From Bradymonadia bacterium (GTDB taxonomy: Bacteria; Myxococcota_A; Bradymonadia; REDH01), in assembly GCA_047629415.1 (NCBI GenBank), contig JBLHWZ010000004.1, forward strand, positions 1 to 61,753: a stretch of DNA of 61,753 bases. Direction: 5' to 3'. Below the pieces are notes generated by a model that worked only from the letters and a program-made list of their open reading frames with translations, searched no databases and had not been told where the DNA came from. Both the position numbers and the translations under genes were made by a program. Below, one piece after another: positions 9,830 to 19,086 of the stretch (position 1 is the stretch's first letter; each line of letters starts with the position of its first letter).

Positions 9830-9968
9830 GGTTCTCGCTCACGTAACTCGGTCTGAAGTGGGGCGGATTTCATAGCGCGTGCCGCACAATTCGGCCACTG
9901 CGGTGCAGCCGTAGAAGGATCGAAAACCAGCGCTCGGCATTTTGAAGGAGCCGAGCTATGCACGCCCC

Positions 9969-11840
9969 ATGACCGACTCCCTGCGCGAAGCGCTCCAAGA
10001 ACACTTTGGGTTCGACGACTTCCAGCCCGGACAGCGACCGATCATCGAATCCGTCGTCTCAGGCAAGCCGACCCTAGCGATCATGCCGACCGGCGCGGGA
10101 AAGAGCCTCTGCTACCAGCTCCCGGCCCTGATGTTCGAGGGCCTCACCATTGTGGTGTCTCCGCTCATCGCGCTGATGAAGGATCAGGTTGATGCTCTTA
10201 ATGCGAGGGGCATTCGGGCAGATCTCATCAACAGCAGTCGCACGCCAAACGAGCGCGACGCCGTGCTCGCTGCCGCCCTCAGCGGAAGCCTCGACTTGCT
10301 CTACGTGGCGCCCGAAAGGTTCGGAAACACCTTCTTCCGAGAGCGGATCAACGGAGCCAAGATCGCGCTCCTCGCGATCGATGAAGCCCACTGTATCTCC
10401 CGATGGGGACACGACTTCCGCCCGGACTATCGGCGTCTCGGGCCGGTGATCGAGAGCTGCAAGCCCGAGCGCGTCCTCGCCTGCACGGCGACCGCCACTC
10501 CGGAGGTCCGCGAGGATATCGCGCGCTCGCTGAACCTCGACGATCCAGCGATCTTCGTTTCCGGATTCCTCCGGACGAACCTGATGATCGACATTCGGTT
10601 CTGCGGGACCGAAGCAGCCAAGCGGGAACTGCTCATCGATTTCCTCACTCAGGGACCGGGTGCTAAGGACGCCGCAGATCCCGGCGGCGTCATCATCTAC
10701 GCACCCAGCCGCAAGCTCGTGGAGTCTCTCTCTGCGCTACTCACCAAGCAGCTCGGAGAGCCGGTGCTCGGCTACCACGCTGGGATGGAAGCGAGCGTAA
10801 GAGACGATGCGCAAGATCGCTTCATCGGCGGCGAGGTGCGGGTCGTCGTCGCAACGAACGCGTTCGGAATGGGCGTCGATCGGAGCGATGTTCGAGGCGT
10901 AGTTCACGTCAGCATGCCGCGCACCGTTGAGGGATTCTACCAAGAGATTGGTCGCGGAGGTCGCGACCGGAAGCCGGCATGGTGTCTGATGCTGACCAAT
11001 GCCAACGACACACGAATTCACGAGTTCCTGATCGAGCAGGGTGAGAGTCCGGAGCACCGAGAAGCGGAACTCGATAAGCTCGCCAGAATGAAGCGGTTCG
11101 TGCACTCGTCGGACTGTCGTCACAAGTATCTGCTTACTTACTTTGGCGAAGAGATCGACGTCCCCTGTCCGGGCTGCACTCGCTGCCAGCGCGCGCCGCG
11201 CTTTGGAACGACGGTCGTGCCTGTGAACGACGGCGACACAGACACGATTCGGAAGGCACTCGCAGGCGTCGCGAGGGCGAAGGAGAGGTATGGGCTGAAG
11301 CGAGTCGCTGGAATGTTGGCCGGCTCCAAGGATCAAACCGTCGTTCGCTCATCGCTCGTGGACCTCACCACCTACGGGTTGCTTGCACATCTCGGGGTCG
11401 CGGGCTGCGAAGCGGTGTTGAGGCTCCTAACCGACGAAGGCCTGTGTGCACTGCAGGGCGGAGAATACCCGTTGCTAGGCCTCACCGCGCTGGGCTCTGA
11501 TATTATGCTCGGGAACGAAGAGCCCGACTTTGGGCTGCCGAATCGTCTAGGAAAAGCCGCCAAGCGTCGCACCTCGTCCAGCTCGCGTCGGTCTGCCCCC
11601 GCTGAGCCGCCACCGGAATGCGATCAACGAATCGTGACGGCGCTCCGGGCGTTCCGCACAGAGAAGGCCGGCGGTAAGCCCGCCTACACCGTGTTCACCA
11701 ATGCGACGCTCTACCAAATCGCGGCAGCTCCCCCCGAGGACGAGCAGAGCTTCTTGGCGCTACCCGGGCTCGGGAAGGCCAAGTGGAAACGCTTCGGTCA
11801 CGCACTCATCGAAGCTGTGCAAGAGGCCCAGCAACTCTAG
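9969..11840 (+). CDS. recQ: ATP-dependent DNA helicase RecQ family (with RQC and HRDC domains)
   Basis: MPTGAGKSLCYQ, DEAHCIS.WGHDFRP, TATA, ATNAFGMG, QEIGRGGRD, Zn-binding Cys, C-terminal HRDC (AYTVFTNATL). Confidence 0.93.
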   Translation: MTDSLREALQEHFGFDDFQPGQRPIIESVVSGKPTLAIMPTGAGKSLCYQLPALMFEGLTIVVSPLIALMKDQVDALNARGIRADLINSSRTPNERDAVLAAALSGSLDLLYVAPERFGNTFFRERINGAKIALLAIDEAHCISRWGHDFRPDYRRLGPVIESCKPERVLACTATATPEVREDIARSLNLDDPAIFVSGFLRTNLMIDIRFCGTEAAKRELLIDFLTQGPGAKDAADPGGVIIYAPSRKLVESLSALLTKQLGEPVLGYHAGMEASVRDDAQDRFIGGEVRVVVATNAFGMGVDRSDVRGVVHVSMPRTVEGFYQEIGRGGRDRKPAWCLMLTNANDTRIHEFLIEQGESPEHREAELDKLARMKRFVHSSDCRHKYLLTYFGEEIDVPCPGCTRCQRAPRFGTTVVPVNDGDTDTIRKALAGVARAKERYGLKRVAGMLAGSKDQTVVRSSLVDLTTYGLLAHLGVAGCEAVLRLLTDEGLCALQGGEYPLLGLTALGSDIMLGNEEPDFGLPNRLGKAAKRRTSSSSRRSAPAEPPPECDQRIVTALRAFRTEKAGGKPAYTVFTNATLYQIAAAPPEDEQSFLALPGLGKAKWKRFGHALIEAVQEAQQL

Positions 11841-11944
11841 AGCGAACCACCGCACTGGCGGCTTCATGCGGAAGACGAGTACGCAGAAATCCACGTTCGC
11901 GGCCAGTTCGCGAGTCAGGCCCGAATGAGCCAAGCTAGCCGCAT

Positions 11945-12367
11945 CTAGGATGCCCGCGCCGGCCTCGTCGCCCGCCAGAAGTCCTCAAGCGCCCGCAGCT
12001 TCGTCACGAGATCCGACACGTTGGCTGGCTTTACTAGGAACGCGTTCGCGCCTTCTTCTAAGCAACCGCGAACGTCGTCCTCGGAGTTGGAGGTCGACAT
12101 CATGATGACCGGCAGATGCCGAGTCTCCGCTTTTGCGCGAATGCGCTCCAACGTTCCCTTCCCATCGAGTCGCGGCATGTTGAGGTCGAGCACTACCAAG
12201 TACGGACGGGTATTCGCGTCCGAAGAGAGGTATTCGACGACCTCGACTCCGTCCCGAACGATCCGCAACTCACTTGCCAGATTGGCCCGGCGTGCAGCGG
12301 TCTGAAGCAGAAGCACGTCGGCTTCGTCGTCCTCTGCGACGAGAATAAGTGGGGCTCTTTCAAGCAT
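11945..12367 (-). CDS. Single-domain response regulator (Rcp1-like)
   Basis: AEDDEAD, LDLNMP, MSTS, KP receiver motifs; overlaps the kinase stop. Confidence 0.92.
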   Translation of the reverse strand: MLERAPLILVAEDDEADVLLLQTAARRANLASELRIVRDGVEVVEYLSSDANTRPYLVVLDLNMPRLDGKGTLERIRAKAETRHLPVIMMSTSNSEDDVRGCLEEGANAFLVKPANVSDLVTKLRALEDFWRATRPARAS

Positions 12368-14378
12368 CGGAGGGGGCTACCTGTCGGCTGCTAAGGGGCA
12401 GTTTGATGGTGAACTTGGCTCCCTGGCCGGGGGCACCGTCCGCAACGACCGTTCCGCCATGACCGTGAACGATTTTTCGGCAGATCGCCAGACCGATCCC
12501 TGTACCGTCCCTTGAGTTGGAACGCTGCAGGCGTTTGAACGGTACGAATATATGGTCGGCGTACTGTGGGTCGAACCCAATTCCGGTGTCGCAAACCTCG
12601 ATCACCGCGAAACCCTCGAGGTCTTCTCGCGAGAGATGAATCTGTGGCGCCTCATCGTGTTTCGCATAACGAATCCCGTTAGAGATCAGGTTCTGGAAGA
12701 CCCGCCGCAGTTGATTCGAATCGGCGCAGACCTCGCCGAGAGAGTCGAACGTGAAGGTCGCTCCCGACTCAGAGATCGCCACCTCAAGATCGTCCATGAC
12801 GTACCCGACCAGGTCGTCGAGCGATACGAGCTCAAAGTGCAACGTACTGCGGCCAGCCTGAGCGTATTCGACGAGATCGTCGACAAGGTGGGTGAGCCGC
12901 CCCGCAGCGTCGTCCATGTAGTGCATGTACTGAAGCGTGGCGTCACTGAGGTCGTCGTCGCTCTCGCCCAGCAATCCGGCAAACGCGCGGATCTTACGCA
13001 AGGGCTCCTTCATGTCGTGGGAGGCCGCGGCTGTGAAGGTCTTGAGGTCGGCGTTCGTACTCGCGAGCGCGTTGTTGCGTTCCTCAAGGCGCTGCCGGTT
13101 CTCCGTACGTTCGGAGATGTCGCGGATGACCAGTACGAGGACGGGTTTCCCGAAGATGCCAGCGGTGCGCCCCGTCGAGATCTCCACGGGGACGTTCGAG
13201 CCGTCGCTTCTGCGTCCTACGCGTTCTTGCACCTCCGATCCGGCGGGCGGCGCCCAACTCCCGTCTGCGAAAAGAAGTGAGGCGTTCTCTCGCGTGAGGG
13301 TGATTGGATCGTGGCCGAAGATGATGCCACACGCCTTGTTCGCCTGCAGGATAGCGCCGTCCGCTTGCACGAGAATTACCGCGTCCATCGCGGCGCCGAC
13401 GATCGCCTCGAGCCGCTCAGCGTTCTCCTCGACGTCCCTGACGGCCTCGCCGATGCGTACTTCCATGGAGGCCATCACCTCCTTCAGCGCGGCATCAGCG
13501 GCTCGTCTATCCGTGATGTCGATAATGCAGCCGACCATGAGGCCGGTCTCTTCATCGGGGGCGCGAACCTCGTCGCGGATCCAGCGGTAGTCGCCCCGCA
13601 CGGTCATCACGCGGTACTCATGCACATGCCGGCCTCGCTGCTGCGCGACGATCAGTCCTCTTTCGGCGTTGCTCTCATCATCGGGGTGGGCCCAACTCCG
13701 TCGGCCGTTCTCCTGTGTTAGCTCCTCCGGTCGCAGCCCAAAAATACGGGCGACATTCGGCGACACGAAGGCGTAGTCGTAAGGCTCCCGGCAGCGCGCG
13801 GTGTAGAGCATCGCTGGACTGGAAGCCGCTAGGTAGTCCATTTGCTGTGTGAGGGCGTTGGCTCTCAGGATCGCCCTTCCGGCGACGCCTTCGTTGGAGA
13901 ATCCCCGGCCAAAGAGGATGACGATCAAGCCCGCGGCGATGACGATGATGGCGACGATCCAGTTCAGGCGGTCGATGTGCGCACCGAGGGCTACGGAGAT
14001 TGTCGCGTTCTCTGAGCGAATCTGGTCGACGATGGCGCCGGCGGCGGCGAGCGCACGATCGGGGTCGTCGGCCATCTCACGAATAGCCTCGATCGCGTTC
14101 GCAAGTTCGGGATCGGCAACTCGCACCGACTCAGCCAGCCGGTGCGCAGCAGCAGCAGCTTCATCAGGTTGCGCGGGGATGCCCTCGTCAGTGTCTCCAA
14201 GGATCGAGCGCTCGATTCCGCGGACCTCGATCAACCATCCGACGCGAACGCTGATCTCGTCGCGCAACTCGTGCACTTCGACAGCAAACTTGACGGACCA
14301 AATGGTCGCAACGATTACCAACGCCGAGACGAGGAAGGAGAGGACTCTGAGCTGCGCCGATTTGGTGCGAGGAGTCAG
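12360..14378 (-). CDS. Membrane PAS-PAS sensor histidine kinase (start codon uncertain)
   Basis: Two TM segments, PAS-PAC (HPDD, YRWIRD), second PAS, H-box SHDMKEPLRKI, NLISNG, DTGIG, GTGIGLAIC. The track ORF to 14678 overlaps dnaK, so the real start is probably near 14380. Confidence 0.88.
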   Translation of the reverse strand: MTPRTKSAQLRVLSFLVSALVIVATIWSVKFAVEVHELRDEISVRVGWLIEVRGIERSILGDTDEGIPAQPDEAAAAAHRLAESVRVADPELANAIEAIREMADDPDRALAAAGAIVDQIRSENATISVALGAHIDRLNWIVAIIVIAAGLIVILFGRGFSNEGVAGRAILRANALTQQMDYLAASSPAMLYTARCREPYDYAFVSPNVARIFGLRPEELTQENGRRSWAHPDDESNAERGLIVAQQRGRHVHEYRVMTVRGDYRWIRDEVRAPDEETGLMVGCIIDITDRRAADAALKEVMASMEVRIGEAVRDVEENAERLEAIVGAAMDAVILVQADGAILQANKACGIIFGHDPITLTRENASLLFADGSWAPPAGSEVQERVGRRSDGSNVPVEISTGRTAGIFGKPVLVLVIRDISERTENRQRLEERNNALASTNADLKTFTAAASHDMKEPLRKIRAFAGLLGESDDDLSDATLQYMHYMDDAAGRLTHLVDDLVEYAQAGRSTLHFELVSLDDLVGYVMDDLEVAISESGATFTFDSLGEVCADSNQLRRVFQNLISNGIRYAKHDEAPQIHLSREDLEGFAVIEVCDTGIGFDPQYADHIFVPFKRLQRSNSRDGTGIGLAICRKIVHGHGGTVVADGAPGQGAKFTIKLPLSSRQVAPSDA

Positions 14379-14574
14379 CGGCCGAAGGGATCGAGAGTAG
14401 TGAATCGTTGGAGCATAGCTGACGGAAGTGCCCGGATCCACGATCGGGCAGTGGGAGACCGCAAAAACAGAGGTTTGGGGCGAGTGGTCGCCCCCTGTCG
14501 TGTTTGACAGCCGCGGCCCGTATCTTGTAGGTCTGGCCGCCTCTAACCCCTTACGTACACCCCAGACTCTAGGG

Positions 14575-16140
14575 ATGGCTAAGATCATCGGGATCGACCT
14601 CGGAACATCGAATAGCTGTGTTGCAATTCTCGAATCCGGCCAAGCGACCGTTCTTCCAAACGCTGAGGGCTCGCGCACGACTCCTTCCGTGGTGGCATTC
14701 CCGGAAAGCGGGGAGCGGCTCGTGGGGCAACAGGCGAAGCGTCAAGCGATCGTAAATCCGTCTCGAACGGTTTTCGGCGTTAAGCGTTTGTTGGGCCGTC
14801 GATTCCGCTCCGAGGCCGTCGACGACCTCGGAGAGTTGTTACCCTTCAATCTCGTTGAGAATCTCAATGGCGACGTCTGGGTCGACATTGAAGGCGAGAG
14901 CTTCTCGCCGCAGGAGATCTCCGCGGCGATTCTCGCGAAGATGAAGTCCAGCGCTGAAGACTACTTTGGCGAAGAGGTGAAGGAAGCCGTGATTACGGTT
15001 CCAGCCTACTTCGACGACGCGCAGCGACAGGCGACGAAAGACGCCGGACGTATCGCTGGCCTCGAAGTACGACGCATCATCAACGAGCCCACCGCGGCCG
15101 CGCTCGCCTACGGACTCCGCCAAAAGGAGCTCTCTCATATCGCGGTCTTCGATCTCGGCGGCGGCACTTTCGACATCTCGATCGTCCGGGTTGAGGACAA
15201 CGTCTTCGAGGTGCTCGCAACGTCGGGGAACAACTTGCTCGGCGGAGACGACTTCGACCGCGCGGTGCTTGGCCAACTGTTGAGCGTCTTCGAGGAAGAG
15301 CACGGAATTGATCTGCGCGGCGAGCCCGTTGCGCTGCAGCGACTCCGAGAGGCGGCCGAGACAGCCAAGTGCGAGCTCTCCTCGCTCTCCGAAACGAACA
15401 TCAACCTCCCATTCTTGGCGGTCGATGCAAGCGGGCCGAAGCACCTCAATCTGGTCCTCAGCCGGGTTGAGCTGAACGACATTTGCGCTTCTCTTGTCGC
15501 GAAGCTGCACGAGCCGTGCAAATCAGCCATCGCTGATGCGGGACTCACCACCGCCGAACTCAACGAGGTCCTCCTCGTCGGCGGTATGACGCGCATGCCC
15601 TTGGTCCAACAGCAGGTGGAGGATATCTTCGGTAGGACGCCCCGCAAGGGCGTGAACCCCGACGAAGTCGTCGCATGCGGCGCAGCCGTCCAGTCTGGCA
15701 TCCTCGGCGGAGAACTCCGCGAGGTCATCCTCATGGACGTGACACCGCTGTCCCTGGGAATCCGTTCCATCGGCGACCGCATGTCGATCGTGGTGCCAAA
15801 GAACACGCCGATCCCCACCGAGAAGACGAAGGTCTTTACGACGACAGACGACAATCAGGACGTCGTGACCATCTCGGTGGTGCAGGGTGAGGACCCGAAA
15901 GCCTCGAAGAACCGGATGCTTGGTCGATTCCACCTCTCGGGGATTCCGGCTCTGCCGGCCGGCAAGGCGCGAGTTGAGGTGCAGTTCAACATCGATACCG
16001 ATGGCATCGTGCACGTCACCGCCGAGGATGTAGAGACCAGTCGCGGCACCTCGATCCACATCACCGATCATGGTGGCCTCTCCAAGGAGAACGTCGCGAG
16101 GGCGACGACCCGAACGGATCACCAGATCATCGAGTCATGA
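14575..16140 (+). CDS. dnaK: Hsp70/DnaK paralog lacking the C-terminal helical lid (521 aa)
   Basis: MAKIIGIDLGTSNS, TPSVVAF, TVPAYFDDAQRQAT, INEPTAAA, DLGGGTFD, LVGGMTR, NPDEVVA, DVTPLSLG; ends about 20 aa after the SBD-beta subdomain. Confidence 0.9.
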   Translation: MAKIIGIDLGTSNSCVAILESGQATVLPNAEGSRTTPSVVAFPESGERLVGQQAKRQAIVNPSRTVFGVKRLLGRRFRSEAVDDLGELLPFNLVENLNGDVWVDIEGESFSPQEISAAILAKMKSSAEDYFGEEVKEAVITVPAYFDDAQRQATKDAGRIAGLEVRRIINEPTAAALAYGLRQKELSHIAVFDLGGGTFDISIVRVEDNVFEVLATSGNNLLGGDDFDRAVLGQLLSVFEEEHGIDLRGEPVALQRLREAAETAKCELSSLSETNINLPFLAVDASGPKHLNLVLSRVELNDICASLVAKLHEPCKSAIADAGLTTAELNEVLLVGGMTRMPLVQQQVEDIFGRTPRKGVNPDEVVACGAAVQSGILGGELREVILMDVTPLSLGIRSIGDRMSIVVPKNTPIPTEKTKVFTTTDDNQDVVTISVVQGEDPKASKNRMLGRFHLSGIPALPAGKARVEVQFNIDTDGIVHVTAEDVETSRGTSIHITDHGGLSKENVARATTRTDHQIIES

Positions 16141-16565
16141 GTTCGAAGCGCGCCGCGACGATCCTGCTCGCTGACGACGATGAGGCCGATCGGATCATGA
16201 CTCGGCGCGCGTTGCGCAGCGCCGGACTCGGGAACGAAGTTCTCGAGGTGGCCAACGGAGAGTCCTTGCTTCGAGCCATGCGGGGGGAGGGGGAGTACGC
16301 GAATCGCGGAGACGTGCACTTCGTGCTGCTGGATCTGAAGATGCCTGGGATGCACGGCATCGAAGTTCTCAATTCGATCCGGGAGGATCCCAAGCTCAGC
16401 GGAGTGCCGGTGGTCGTGCTAACGGGGTCTGAGGAGGCCAACGACATCCGGTCCGCGTACCTCGCTGGCGCTGCCTCCTACCTCGCCAAGCCTGTCACTT
16501 TCGACGGCATCCTTCGCGCCGTTCGACAGCTCGAGGGCTACTCCTTGGCGATCGTTAAAGAGTAG
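16137..16565 (+). CDS. Single-domain response regulator (Rcp1-like)
   Basis: LADDDEAD, LLDLKMP, LTGS, YLAKP; ATGA overlap with dnaK. Confidence 0.92.
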   Translation: MSSKRAATILLADDDEADRIMTRRALRSAGLGNEVLEVANGESLLRAMRGEGEYANRGDVHFVLLDLKMPGMHGIEVLNSIREDPKLSGVPVVVLTGSEEANDIRSAYLAGAASYLAKPVTFDGILRAVRQLEGYSLAIVKE

Positions 16566-16652
16566 CGTTACGTTAGAAGCGGGGGGTCGACGGTTGATAG
16601 TGGCCGCGCCGACGCGTACACTATTACAACCCTGTTGTTTCTGGAGTGCGTA

Positions 16653-17036
16653 ATGTCCGCCAAAGTCCTGGTCGTCGATGACAGCGCTACGGTCCGAGAT
16701 CTCCTTGAGCGCAGATTGGCCCGGAAGGGGTTCCGAGTCGTGACCGCCGCGGACGGAGTCGAAGGTGTGGAGTTCTGCACACGCGAACTCCCGGACGTGG
16801 TGCTCATGGACTTACACATGCCGGTGATGGACGGATGGGCTGCGACAAGGGCTATCCGGGCGAATGAAGCGACCGCCCAGATTCCGGTCCTGATCCTCAC
16901 CGCCTACAACTCTTCGAGGGATCGCTCTGCGGCGATGGATGCCGGCGCAAGCGATTTTGACTCAAAGCCCATCTCGATGCCGCGCTTGATCGCCAAGATG
17001 GAGCGATTGCTCGGGCTTGAGCCTAGCGAAGAGTAG
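16653..17036 (+). CDS. Single-domain response regulator (DivK/CheY-like)
   Basis: VLVVDD, LMDLHMPVMDGW, LTA, DFDSKP; GGAG ribosome-binding site before ATG 16653. Confidence 0.92.
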   Translation: MSAKVLVVDDSATVRDLLERRLARKGFRVVTAADGVEGVEFCTRELPDVVLMDLHMPVMDGWAATRAIRANEATAQIPVLILTAYNSSRDRSAAMDAGASDFDSKPISMPRLIAKMERLLGLEPSEE

Positions 17037-17041
17037 ACGCG

Positions 17042-18103
17042 TTGGGACACTCCCCGGACCTACCTCAACCGCCTCACTACGCGGGTGAAGAGCTCTCGCT
17101 GCCGGTCCTTGAGCAGTGGATCGGTTCGGAGCGCGATGTCCAACGCGAGAGGGTCAACGAACTCAATACTATCCGAGCGCAGAACGAGAGCCTCCAAACC
17201 TCGCTGGCAGAGGAGCTTAACAAGCTGCGCGAGTTTTCGGAGACGGACAGCTCTGCGGCTGGAGGTCTGTTCGCGAAGCTGCTCAGTGTGATTCGACCGA
17301 ACTCCGGGCGGCCGCAGACCACACATTCCGTAGAAGCGCTCCTACGACAACAATACGAATTGAGCGTGAAACGACTGCGAGAGGCAGCGGACCATGCGGA
17401 CCGATTGGAGGCGTCGGAGGCCGACCTGCATGATGAGATTGAGCGGCTCAATCGCCGGATTATCGATTCAGCAGATAACCACGGCCGCGCGTCTCGCTAT
17501 GTGTTCGAACTTAAACAAGTAGCCGCCGAACTGCAGAATACGAAAGCAAACACTGCGCTCGAAGATGCCAAGCTCGAAGCATCAAACGATCGAGTGAGGC
17601 GACTACTGATCACGCACGGAACTCGGCAGAAACTCTACGGAACCGCTCGCGAGCGCCTCTCGCGTTTGCGCGACAACGCGCGCGCGCTAGCCAGCACAAT
17701 TGGCCGGCTTCGTGCGGACATTACTTCCTACGTTCAGGTGGCCGGCCAGAAGCTCGACATGACGGCCGGCCAGGTCCAGGCGCTCGGTGCAGCTGCTGAC
17801 GCATCGGTCGTGGTTCTTGAGCTTGAGGCGTCGCTGGAGGCGCTCAGCGAATCGATGAATCACGCTGCACGCTTTGTCGCGGACACCCAAGTGTACTTCC
17901 GAGAGAACGTAGACAGCATGATCGACCAGATGCAGATCTACGACACAGAGACCGCGGCTTTGCTCGAGGCGAACGCCGAACTCGACCGGCTCGGCGACTC
18001 GTACGTACTCTCAGAGATTCTGGCCGAACTCGACAACGTGTCGGAGCTCGACGAATTCGAACGGAAGCTCGAAGCGGCGATCCAGGAGGTATCGGCCGAG
18101 TGA
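17042..18103 (+). CDS. Hypothetical coiled-coil protein, possibly TelA (toxic anion resistance)-like
   Basis: 353-aa all-helical ORF with amphipathic GGLFAKLLSV followed by SVEALLRQQY. The family call is only a resemblance. Confidence 0.7.
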   Translation: MGHSPDLPQPPHYAGEELSLPVLEQWIGSERDVQRERVNELNTIRAQNESLQTSLAEELNKLREFSETDSSAAGGLFAKLLSVIRPNSGRPQTTHSVEALLRQQYELSVKRLREAADHADRLEASEADLHDEIERLNRRIIDSADNHGRASRYVFELKQVAAELQNTKANTALEDAKLEASNDRVRRLLITHGTRQKLYGTARERLSRLRDNARALASTIGRLRADITSYVQVAGQKLDMTAGQVQALGAAADASVVVLELEASLEALSESMNHAARFVADTQVYFRENVDSMIDQMQIYDTETAALLEANAELDRLGDSYVLSEILAELDNVSELDEFERKLEAAIQEVSAE

Positions 18104-19086
18104 GCGCGCTTACTACGCTTGCGCTTAGCGCCGATGACGCGAATCCGTTGTTGAAGCGGTGGGCGCGCGCACTCCACGCCGGTCGTCTCAACCACAAGTA
18201 TACTGACGGTCGTAGCCTCCGGGCGTCCATGTTGGCGCTCAACGACCCGGCCCGCCGCGCTCTCTATGACGACATCGAGTTCGATGCGCGCACTCTCTTG
18301 CCCACTTATCGAGAGTGGACGCGTCTCCTTGCTGACTCCGAGGGGGCAGAAGCCCAATTGCAGAGCTTCGGCCCCCGCCTGCCCTTGGAGCGAAAAGCGC
18401 AGCGCCGTGGGCGTGAGGTCGACCATCGACTGCTGGCTAAGTGGGACTACTACGAGCGGCTGCAGGCGTTGGAGATGCCTGGCCTGGATACGATCTCCAT
18501 CCAGCTTCGGCGGCACGACCTGAGCACTGAGACTCTCTACGCGACCATCGTGTTCGACAAACACGATTCATCAGGGGTGTTCGTTCGCTACACGATCGCG
18601 ATGGCGCAACGAGACAGCGCCTGGGGAAAGCCGCTTGTATCGCTGGACGACCGCGAGAACGCAGACCACAGCGATGTGCTGCGCGGGTTGGTCTATCGGT
18701 ACGCGTCTACGAACGCGGAGATGACCTTCCTCAAGCTCAGCGAACATCCGGACGTATACGTCGAGTGGGTCCACCGCGGGACGATTGGGCCGGCGTATGG
18801 CGAACTGAACGATGAGCTCGCGCTGCCCGGAATGCACGAGATCGCCAAGTCTGGGGGATGGATCGCCAGCTTTGGCCTAGAGATGGCGGACCGCACGATC
18901 GAGCGGTCAACAAACAACGATCCGCTCGCTGGTGGACAGGTTCTTGGGCCTTTGCTGCAGGCACGTCGCACGCTGGGATACAACGTGCATCGTGACCGAA
19001 AATTCGTAGTATCACGTGGATATCAGGACGAGCTTGCGAAGTTCGTAACAATCAGGGGCTGTCAGAATGTCGTCTATGGAATCTAG
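18100..19086 (+). CDS. Hypothetical protein (328 aa)
   Basis: GTGA overlap with the upstream gene; GGAGG ribosome-binding site; globular composition. Confidence 0.75.
   Translation: MSALTTLALSADDANPLLKRWARALHAGRLNHKYTDGRSLRASMLALNDPARRALYDDIEFDARTLLPTYREWTRLLADSEGAEAQLQSFGPRLPLERKAQRRGREVDHRLLAKWDYYERLQALEMPGLDTISIQLRRHDLSTETLYATIVFDKHDSSGVFVRYTIAMAQRDSAWGKPLVSLDDRENADHSDVLRGLVYRYASTNAEMTFLKLSEHPDVYVEWVHRGTIGPAYGELNDELALPGMHEIAKSGGWIASFGLEMADRTIERSTNNDPLAGGQVLGPLLQARRTLGYNVHRDRKFVVSRGYQDELAKFVTIRGCQNVVYGI

Noticed and set aside
14504-14533. Sigma70 promoter or CIRCE element for dnaK
   Set aside because: TTGACA is present but there is no convincing -10 at 16-18 nt, and no CIRCE inverted repeat was seen.
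14379-14678. N-terminal 100 aa of the 772-aa kinase ORF and the 49-aa extension of dnaK
   Set aside because: They overlap each other head to head; dnaK clearly starts at MAKIIGIDLG.
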